Position numbers and translations under genes: made by a program
Assembly (NCBI GenBank): GCA_946965045.2
Contig: OX337235.1
Coordinates: 930,001 to 994,000 of the forward strand
Reading direction: 5' to 3'
Source: Epithemia pelagica
Taxonomy: Eukaryota > Protista > Bacillariophyta
DNA: 64,000 nucleotides
Notes under the pieces: model-generated
The model's input: only the letters and a program-made list of their open reading frames with translations
Told to the model about the DNA's origin: nothing
Databases searched by the model: none
In this document: piece by piece, positions 33,130 through 42,350 of the stretch
Position numbering within the stretch: position 1 is the stretch's first letter
Layout: each line of letters starts with the position of its first letter

Positions 33130-34980
33130 AACACCATGGCACCTACGGTCAATCTGAGACCTGGGTACGCTCGAGTAGGTCCTAAACTAAAATGCTACAA
33201 AGTAGGAGGGGCAGCGAGTCCAAATTGAAGGAGCAAATCGCAACGTCCTTCGGTCTCGAAATGTTGTGTGCTACGTGCTACATCGAGAAAAAAATGCCTC
33301 CATCAATGGATGGCACCTTCTCAATGACCATGGCGCCTACGGTCAATCTGAGACTTGGGTACGCTCAGGTAGATCCTAAACTAAAATGCTACAAAGTAGG
33401 AAGGCAAGCGAGTCAATATTGAACGAGACGAGTAGCAACGTCCTTCGGTCTCGAAATGTTGTGTGCTACGTGCTACATCGGGAAAAATGCCTCCATCAAT
33501 GGATGGCACCTTCTCAATGACCATGGCGCCTACGGTCAATCTGATACCTCGTTACGCTCAAGTAGGTTCTAAACTAAAATGCTACAAAGTAGGATGGGCA
33601 GAGAGTCAATATGGAACGAGACGAGTAGCAACGTCCTTCGGTCTCGAAATGTTGTGTGCTACGTGCTACATCGGGAAAAATGCCTCCATCAATGGATGGC
33701 ACCTTCTCAATGACAGTGGCGCCTACGGTCAATCGGAAACCTCGTTACGCTCAAGTAGGTTCTAAACTAAAATGCTACAAAGTAGGAAGGCAAGCGAGTC
33801 AATATTGAACGAGACAAGTAGCAACGTCCTTCGGTCTCGAAATGTTGTGTGCTACGTGCTACATCGGGAAAAATGCCTCCAACAATGGATGGCACCTTCT
33901 CAATGACCATGGCGCCTACGGTCAATCTGATACCTCGTTACGCTCAAGTAGATCCTAAACTAAAATGCTACAAAGCAGGAAGGCAAGCGAAACAATATGG
34001 AACGAGACGAGTAGCAACGTCCTTCGGTCTCGAAATGTTGTGTGCTACGTGCTACATCGGGAAAAATGCCTCCATCAATGGATGGCTCCTTCTCAATGAC
34101 CATGGCGCCTACGGTCAATCGGAAACCTCGTTACGCTCAAGTAGATCCTAAACTAAAATACTACAAAGTAGGAGGGGCAGAGAGTCAATATTGAACGAGA
34201 CGAGTAGCAACGTCCTTCGGTCTCGAAATGTTGTGTGCTACGTGCTACATCGGGAAAAATGCCTCCATCAATGGATGGCACCTTCTCAATGACCATGGCG
34301 CCTACGGTCAATCTGATACCTCGTTACGCTCAAGTAGGTTCTAAACTAAAATGCTACAAAGTAGGAAGGCAAGCGAGTCAATATTGAACGAGACGAGTAG
34401 CAACGTCCTTCGGTCTCGAAATGTTGTGTGCTACGTGCTACATCGAAAAAATGCCTCCATCAATGGATGGCACCTTCTCAATGACCATGGTGCCTACGGT
34501 CAATCTGATACCTCGTTACGCTCAAGTAGATCCTAAACTAAAATGCTACAAAGTAGGAAGGCAAGCGAGTCAATATTGAACGAGACGAGTAGCAACGTCC
34601 TTCGGTCTCGAAATGTTGTGTGCTACGTGCTACATCGAGAAAAATGCCTCCATCAATGGATGGCCCATTCTCAATGACCATGGCGCCTACGGTCAATCTG
34701 ATACCTCGTTACGCTCAAGTAGATCCTAAACTAAAATACTACAAAGCAGGAAGGCAAGCGAAACAATATGGAACGAGACGAGTAGCAACGTCCTTCGGTC
34801 TCGAAATGTTGTGTGCTACGTGCTACATCGGGAAAAATGCCTCCATCAATGGATGGCTCCTTCTCAATGACAGTGGCGCCTACGGTCAATCTGATACCTC
34901 GTTACGCTCAAGTAGATCCTAAACTAAAATACTACAAAGTAGGAGGGGCAGAGAGTCAATATTGAACGAGACGATTAGCG
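33130..34980 (+). repeat. Right subterminal 193-bp tandem array (~9.5 units)
   Basis: tccttcggtctcgaaatg at 33246, 33441, 33634, 33827, 34020, 34213, 34406, 34598 and 34791. Confidence 0.96.
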
Positions 34981-35587
34981 GAAACTGACGATGAGGATCG
35001 ATTGTGGTTCGTGTCGCGAGAGATGAAAATCCTCATCGATGGACGACTATTTTGCGATAACCATGGCACCTACGATAGTTATGATAGTTGGTTTCACGAA
35101 GGTAGACCCTAAAGTAAAAGCCCTTCAAGTATGAACTGTAGAACTACCATATTGGAGCTTCGGCAGTACATCGAGTTACGGATGAAAATCTCGTTCCAAC
35201 AAAAACGAGCCAAATCGAGCAGGGGTTTGTTTGCGCTATCACGCCCACCGATAGCCCACCTTACACTACGATAGACACATCGTAGGCACCATTTGATGGT
35301 AGGGCACGTAGTGGTCGACTTATAGTACCGTCAATGTAGCGGCCAAAGGGCAATCTAGCGGCCATTACGTGGACGAAAAAAAAAATGACCCTACAATGGT
35401 GAGTTAGAACTCGATAACCATGGCCGCTATAGCAAAAGTGGCCCGCAGGGGCCGAGAGCATTGTTTGAAGAAGACGTCGCTCGATATTGGGGCATGGGCG
35501 TCCTATATTGAGTGAGTTACGCTAGATGTCCATCATGGTCATTTGGCCGCTATTTTCGAGGTTTTGGCCGCCTCACCCGGCGCGGCA
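34980..35587 (-). repeat. Right terminal inverted repeat (unique portion)
   Basis: Reverse complement of 23430-24060. Confidence 0.93.
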
Positions 35588-36656
35588 ATAGACCTACGGT
35601 GGACAAACGCCTATGCGTCTTAACCCTATCTCTACCTAACCTCTCCCCAAACTCCAAACTCCAAAAGCACTGACCACAGACCGTGCATCGACTTCCATTG
35701 GACCACAGGTCTTCACAACGTTGACAGGCTTTGCTCATGACTCATGACCAAGAGATCAATTGGAAGATCGAAGGAAGTGACGAGGTCATTCGGGTTTGCA
35801 AAATTTGGCACCTACAATGGCATTCTGTAAAGAAGTTGAGAATGCGTTGAAAAAATTTTTGTTCTCAAAGACCAAAGACAGCCAATGGTACATACAATCC
35901 CTTGTATCGGCAAAGATCACGCTCGAACTGGACTCGTATGGATTGCAATGGCGCAGATACAGAACAAAGAATGACTGTTCTTGTAGGGAATCTATTTCTC
36001 TGATATCAACATGCTGAGACTCACAGGTGTGATGTGTACTCGTGGGGAAGACCGTCTGTGGCAACGGAGCTTGGGTTCCAAAGGGGAGATCTCTTGATGC
36101 AGTCGTCTTGGCCGTTGTTCTTTTTCGAATGGGGTGTCCATCTTATTGTCTCATACATCCTGACTTGTCTTCGATCCAATGTCGGAGGGCACAAAAGGCT
36201 TCCTTGGTTTTGATCGAGTGATCCGGTCCGACTTGGTGTAAACCCGTAGTGGCGTACAACAAGATCCCGTTGGCCATAATCTTTCCGATGGATTTTGTCG
36301 CAACGGGATTCTTCACCAATTTTGGACGCGGGTTTGCCACAATCCACGATGCTGACGACGGAAAACTTGCTTGTTTCTGATACATGGTCCTCAGGTAACA
36401 GACTACGAAAATGTTGCGCAGGAGAGCATAGTTAATGACACAAGTGTCGCAATGTAATAACAAGCACATGTAACTCTGTTTGATTAGTAACTCTCTTTGA
36501 TGAAAGCAGCAGCGTATGAAAACCTTTGCTGCATATCAGAATTGAAGTGTCAGAGGTAGACTTCATTTGAAATAAATGTAAGCTTTCTTCTCTTCTGGAT
36601 CCTTAGTTGTTGCCGTTGCGATTGCCATTGCCTAAGCTTTCTTCTCTTCTGGATCC

Positions 36657-38029
36657 TTAGTTGTTGCCGTTGCCGTTGCCGTTGCCATTGCCATTGCCAT
36701 TGCCGTTGCCATTGCCATTGCCGTTGCCATTGCCGTTGCCGTTGCCATTGCCATTGCCGTTGCCATTGCCATTGCCATTGCCATTGCCGTTGCCATTGCC
36801 GTTGTTGCCGTTGGCGTTGTTGCTGCCATTGCCGTTGCCGTTGTTGCCGACAACGTTGCGACGCAAACCTACGTCATCGAGGATTTTAGTAAACGCATTT
36901 GACCTCAACGCCTTGAAAAAGTCGTCTGCGGCGTCATTTTGCTCTTGAGTAAGAGTGCGGGTGGTCTTGGCAATGGCAAAGGTGCCAACACGGTTACCGT
37001 CCAAGGGGTTTCGCTGTTTCTGCACCAACACGTCTGGGTCAGACGTTTCACCCACTTCATCCTTATCAAGGTAAATGGCAGTAAAGGTGTTTGGATTGTC
37101 TCGCATAGCTTCCACAGCCAAATGAAGGAAAAGAAGACCGGCATCGCCCTGCTTGTTGGCAATCACGTGAGGGATACTACGCCACATGGGCTGTCCAATG
37201 GTGACGACGTTCTCATTAAACAACTGGTCTCTCAATGCGATCGCTTCTTCAAAAATGGTCACATTGTCTAGCGGATCAGTTGGATCTAAAGTGTCATCTT
37301 CGGGATAATTCACGGCAATGTTAAACAAACTGAACTTGTATGCGTTGTTGAAAGAGCCCGGCTCTCCCGCCGGATCCGACGTGGCGAATCGGTCAGCTGA
37401 CAAATTCTTCAAATCCCAGAATGTGTTAATGGTGGTGTCACCCTTGCGTTTCAAAATGACACTGCCCTACGTGGAAAGAAAGAATTCACGAGTGGAATTG
37501 TCAATCTTGTCACCAAGTAGGTCGAGAATAGGTGGAGCTCCTGTGTAATAATGTGGTTCGGCATCTGTAAAAAGGACATTTCCCACCTTGAGGATACCAT
37601 TGTCCGTTTGAGGATTACCAATGGTGGACTGGTGGTATACAAGTAACTGTCCTGATACGATGAATTCTTGGGGAAATACTCTTCCTTCAAAAGACGTGCC
37701 AAGGCAGGGTACCAGTTCCCGTTGACGCTCAGAATTAACAGGGTGTCCTTGGCAGACACAGTCAAGTGGACGTCGTTTACTTCATTGTAAAAGGGCTGCG
37801 TCAAGGCCGGAATGGAGGTTCGATTGGCACCGTCGTTTTTGTCCTCCACGGGCAACCAAGGATCTTGCGACCAAGCCAACGGGGTGTCAATGCAAAACTC
37901 TTCAATCGGTGAAGCAAACAGATTAGGATCAATTGACAATCCACGTAGATGATCTTTGCCATCCACAAGAAGAGGCAAGCCAACAAAAAGGGAAAGACCC
38001 CAGGAGAAGAATCCACTGTTGACTTTCAT
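36657..38029 (-). pseudogene. Secreted ModA-like protein, copy 3, disrupted
   Basis: Same signal peptide as copy 1. A 1-bp deletion after YTTSPP (near 37622) and TAC>TAG (near 37467) relative to intact copy 2. Confidence 0.82.
36661..36850 (-). repeat. (GGCAAY)n hexamer microsatellite encoding a C-terminal (Gly-Asn)n tail
   Basis: About 30 ttgcca/ttgccg units in frame with the ModA-like copy 3. Adjacent ~41-bp direct duplication (36579/36633) includes the stop codon. Confidence 0.95.
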
Positions 38030-39480
38030 TGTATTTCATTGTATTTCATTGGATTTTATGATAGAGTTGAGTCTATGAAACCGTGGAAATTTGAAATTGT
38101 GAGCTCCTCACCTCGGAAGTCGAAAGAGGTGAAGGGTGAAGCGTGAGAGACAGTATTCGTAGTCTATTCGTAATTTGAGAATCGTCTGCCCCGAGATTCT
38201 CAAGCTTCCTGCGGTGTTAGAAGCCTCTGTGTGAGGTGTACATAGTTTCCTGTGATGTTATTGGTTGAGATACTCCCAACCAACATACGTGGACACTATC
38301 TCAATGACCTGGAAAGAGTCGATGACTGTACGAGTAATTGTAATTGGTCATGGGGAGATCCTGGGGGATATTATTATTCGGAGAGCTCTATTCGTAGTGT
38401 ACTCGTACTCGTCAACAAATTGATTGGGCCTCATTTTTTGATTGTGGATCGACCCTCCGACCTCCGAAGTTGATGGTTGATAGTTGATACTCAAGTTTCA
38501 AAACGAGATGCTGGATGGCATGAAGACAAGAGGACTTATTACACAAGTTCGGGAGGGACATTGCTTCAAAGAACTATAGTCAGGATGTCTTGTCAACTGT
38601 CACTGTCAGTCCGCTGCGTTTGCGTCGTTCCACGTCGCACCCAAACGCCGACAGGAAATTCCAAATGTGCGGTACCAAGTAGTGTATCAACGAATGCGTC
38701 TCCTCCTCAATCCTAAAGATTAAAGATACTCTAGAGGTTCGATGTGTAGCTAGTACTCCTCAAGTGATAAATCAAACACCAGTCGGTAGCTCGCCGAGAA
38801 TTTCCATCCTACATCCTAACTGGACGACGTATCCCTTTCATCGACAAGGCAGTGAACCATGAAATCATCACCAATTGCTCTTGTGGCTGGATTTTAGCTT
38901 CTACCAGTTTGACCTAACGACCAGCATGGGTTGCTGGTTGCTGGCCATGAAGGATCCCGCGGAGGTGAAGAAACGGTGAACTCTGTCTCGTACTTGCTTC
39001 TAGTAGTCGTAGGTCGTAGTGTCGAATGTCCCTAACCCAAGACCTAAGAGCCAAGTGTCTTGACGACCCTATCCCCCAAAACAATTGGTACTAGGTACGA
39101 GTAGAGTCATTCATTTCCTCCATCTCCAATCTTCATCCTCCAGCCCCAGAGGTATTGACAATTATCATCCCGGATATCGCCCGTGACCGTGACCTCTAGC
39201 TAGGTCATGGGAAGTGGGACTAGCACAACAACACTGGATCCTATTGTACTCGTATAGAATATTAAGATTAATATGAAATACGAGTATGAGTGCGAATATG
39301 GCATATCGTATCGGGTATCGGGGACTCCCGCTTCACGACTGATTTTGTGGCTTGTCCATCACCCGGAGGTCGCACAGAAGGTAGAAGGGTTAAACAAGGA
39401 CGATGATCAAGATCCGAGGATGACGATGATGGTTGCGGCGTGTCTGGTTTCTTTGGACCAATATCATTATCATTAGTATC

Positions 39481-41301
39481 ATGCCTATTTCGTTGAAGCA
39501 ATTGCGGCAGGATCCCCACCGCCAGCAAGCTTTGCGATCCTCCCTCGAGTTGCGTCAACGACGACGACGACATGGAGCAGAAGAAGAACGGCCACCAGAC
39601 GACAACCACACGGTTGTGGACGTGAACCAACTCTTGAACAATCACGCCACCTACACTCGTCTTTTGCACCAAGTCGAAGTGGGTCGTAGCCAACGAAAAC
39701 AAGAACAACAACGACAGAGGCGAAAACTTTCAACTTCACCCAGCAAACAACCACAACAAGAAGAACAAGATCCATCACTTTGTACCATCTCGGCCCCCAA
39801 ACTCCAACAATTGGAACAATCCTTGGAAGAATTGCATTCCACCATTCAAGACCAATTGCATCGGTTGACCAACTATGTGGATACGGAATTGGAACACCAT
39901 CTCCTCCTTCGTCAAACAACAGACAATGAAAAAGAGACGCACCAAAACAGTCGAGCGACGACGACAACAACAAAACTGAATGTCCACCAATCACTCCTCC
40001 AAGAGAATCCGCAGGAGGATGTGCTGTTTGCCATTGGGGGGTATGAGCGTCTTTGTCTTGGTCGCAACGACATCGTCAGCAACAACCAAACAAAGAACAA
40101 CAACAACAAACCAACCCTGTGGGTGTGGACCGATACCGGCGTCGAACTCCAAACGGCCCTGCAACATGCCTGGAAGGAATGGCTCCATGCACAACGACAA
40201 AAAGATGTTGCCTCTTCCGAGAATCACCTGCACGAATCGTTCCTGAGATCCGTTCATTCCTGGAACTTCCCCGTGTCGTCAGTTGCCGCGAGACAAGGCA
40301 GTGACAGTTCTTTGTGTAGGAGTCATTGGGAGACCGTCTTGCAGAGTCTGGAGGGAACCACGCTGTACGATCGAGTGTTGCCACAATGTCACTTTTTGTA
40401 CTCGGCCTCCTGTCGCATGTCCCAGTGTTTTCCGTGTTCCACCTCCCCGGCAATGCCACCGAAGCACACTGCCAAACAGAAGAAACAGCAGCAGCAGCAA
40501 CCACATGAGTGGTTGGAATGTTTGGAAAGCCCACATGTCGAAGGATTATTCTTGACGGGACCGTCCTTGTCGGCCGATTCCAGACCGCTTCAAGTGCAGT
40601 GGATGGAATGGTTGCAGTCCTTTTACACCAATCTCATTGTAACATCCACCACCCAGGACATGGATCCTTCGAGTCAGTGCATGCAAGTCATCGCCGTGCC
40701 CCCGAGTCAACTCGAGGCCTTTGAAGCCAGTCGTTTGGTGCTCGTGGGAACGCTCCCCCACTCCAAGCAAACCATTGAATTGGCCTTCCTATCGAATCTC
40801 TTGGACTATTGTAGTTTGGACATTCGTCATGGCAATAGTACACAGGCGAGTGTACAACAAACCACTGCCAAGAACCACAATGGTGACGACAAGGTACCAA
40901 TCCACAGAAACCACAAAGTGGTGACGAAAACAGCAGCCAGTGTTCATGTCGTTCGAGGAGTTTTGTGTCGATCCGCCAATGCCATGGCATGGATGTTGGC
41001 TTGGAATTATCACCATGATCCAAACCAGAACACGGCGCATGTGGTGCTCCCCCAGTCGATTCAACAACATTTATTCCAAACGCCTCCGAAAATTCCCATT
41101 GTCCGACGAAAACGAGTCAATGCCAAGGGCAAAACAATTGTAGAACAGGTGGCTGGGACCAAATCACCAAACTCTACGACAAAGCTGGCACAACCACCAC
41201 TTGACTCGTTGGTTATTCCAAATCAACGACTAACAAAGGACCAAATTCGAGCCGAAGCCCTTTCTTGCCCATTCTTTTTTCTTCCCTTTTACAACAGTTA
41301 A
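39481..41301 (+). CDS. Degenerate seryl-tRNA synthetase-like protein (probable pseudo-enzyme)
   Basis: Collinear by eye with SerRS: LKQLRQDP N-terminus, coiled-coil arm ending LTNYVD, WTDTGVELQTAL (motif-1 region), LPHSKQTIELAFLSNLLDY (vs ELVSCSNCTDY) and VHVVRGVLC..VVLPQSIQQHL (motif 3/C-terminus). The FRxE and motif-3 Arg are not apparent. Confidence 0.68.
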   Translation: MPISLKQLRQDPHRQQALRSSLELRQRRRRHGAEEERPPDDNHTVVDVNQLLNNHATYTRLLHQVEVGRSQRKQEQQRQRRKLSTSPSKQPQQEEQDPSLCTISAPKLQQLEQSLEELHSTIQDQLHRLTNYVDTELEHHLLLRQTTDNEKETHQNSRATTTTTKLNVHQSLLQENPQEDVLFAIGGYERLCLGRNDIVSNNQTKNNNNKPTLWVWTDTGVELQTALQHAWKEWLHAQRQKDVASSENHLHESFLRSVHSWNFPVSSVAARQGSDSSLCRSHWETVLQSLEGTTLYDRVLPQCHFLYSASCRMSQCFPCSTSPAMPPKHTAKQKKQQQQQPHEWLECLESPHVEGLFLTGPSLSADSRPLQVQWMEWLQSFYTNLIVTSTTQDMDPSSQCMQVIAVPPSQLEAFEASRLVLVGTLPHSKQTIELAFLSNLLDYCSLDIRHGNSTQASVQQTTAKNHNGDDKVPIHRNHKVVTKTAASVHVVRGVLCRSANAMAWMLAWNYHHDPNQNTAHVVLPQSIQQHLFQTPPKIPIVRRKRVNAKGKTIVEQVAGTKSPNSTTKLAQPPLDSLVIPNQRLTKDQIRAEALSCPFFFLPFYNS

Positions 41302-42234
41302 TCTACGAAAAGGCTGGGAATGGGTTGTTCTATGGACGCGAAGGACTACCAAGACTACGAATCATTGCAAAGGCTCCTGCCTCTTGCCTGTGGCATTTGC
41401 TTGGTAAGCACGCAAGTGAACGTATTGTGCACAAAGGAGAGAGGGTGCTGAGTACCTACTCTCTTAGCTATGTCAAGGAGGCAGATTGGTGATCTGGGCT
41501 GTTCAAGTTTTCTTCGAATTGAAAATGGTGGGGGGCACGATTCTAAGAACAGCATTGTGTCCGTCCATGTACACAACCATGGGAACAACTCATCAGCCAT
41601 TATCTTCCGCAGCCTCTGGTCATCCCCATTCTACCATGACTACGGCAATTCATGGATCATTTTACCGACATTTAGAGACTTCATTTGTGGATGACAAGGG
41701 TTCCGTACAGTGTGAGGTTGCTCATCACAAACTTGAGCCTCCCCGAAGACCATTGCAGTGTCGGGGTATGGCCAAAAGGGACTGGGCCTTGAGACATAAA
41801 AAAGCACATTTCTCATACGAGGAACCATTGTTCGAGAACAGGACCTTTCGATTTTTCAATCGTTCGTTTCTTGTCTCGTGCCATGTCATGATTCTACGAA
41901 CAACCAGCGACTCTAGTTTCATGATGATTCTTGTGCGGATGTAGACGGTGAGGCAACCGTCATTGAGGAAGCGTTGCGGTTACTTCGCCCGTCTAGCGGC
42001 TTCGATTTTACAGCAATCACGGCTTCAGCCAGCATCTCACGACCAGGGCTTTTGTGATCCACCTCATGTGCGCAGGTCTTGGAATCTTTCTTGCTGTTTC
42101 TGCAACCCCCTTCGAACTGATGGGTTAAAGTTTGTGGGGGATAGTAAGGCTGTATCTGAGAAGGACAGGTTGTCGAGGTTGATGAGACCTGTGTGTTCGA
42201 CGAGGGACCAGATGTCAATTTGTGGAATCCCGTG

Positions 42235-42315
42235 AACATTCTGCTCTCTGTAGATTAACGATAACATCGATGGTTGTTGTTAACATTCTGCTCTCTGTAG
42301 ATTAACGATAACATC
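42235..42315. repeat. Perfect 34-bp direct repeat with 13-bp spacer
   Basis: aacattctgctctctgtagattaacgataacatc at 42235-42268 and 42282-42315. Confidence 0.9.
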
Positions 42316-42350
42316 TGTTCATGTCATTGCTTGCTCAACCATTTATTCTG

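Larger units (their letters stand above)
23430..35587 (+). mobile_element. 12,158-bp cargo-carrying piggyBac-like DNA transposon
   Basis: ATAG|TGCCGCGCCGGGTGAGG ... CCTCACCCGGCGCGGCA|ATAG. Inverted repeats of ~630 bp continue into 193-bp arrays. Contains a piggyBac-family transposase and additional ORFs. Confidence 0.92.
36464..38863 (-). repeat. Inverted segmental duplication, copy B (partner 7983-10190)
   Basis: See copy A; shared ModA-like gene, upstream region and 3' flank. Confidence 0.92.

Noticed and set aside
33130-34980. 193-bp array as a CRISPR array or coding repeats (ORFs 33463, 33849, 34620)
   Set aside because: Units are near-identical throughout with no unique spacers and no cas genes. 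The ORFs are by-products of the repeat and differ in frame between units.
35600-36460. Short ORFs right of the transposon
   Set aside because: Outside the TSD, no motifs recognised, all under 110 aa.
36632-36948. (LP)n and (AM/AT)n ORFs
   Set aside because: Alternative frames of the hexamer microsatellite.
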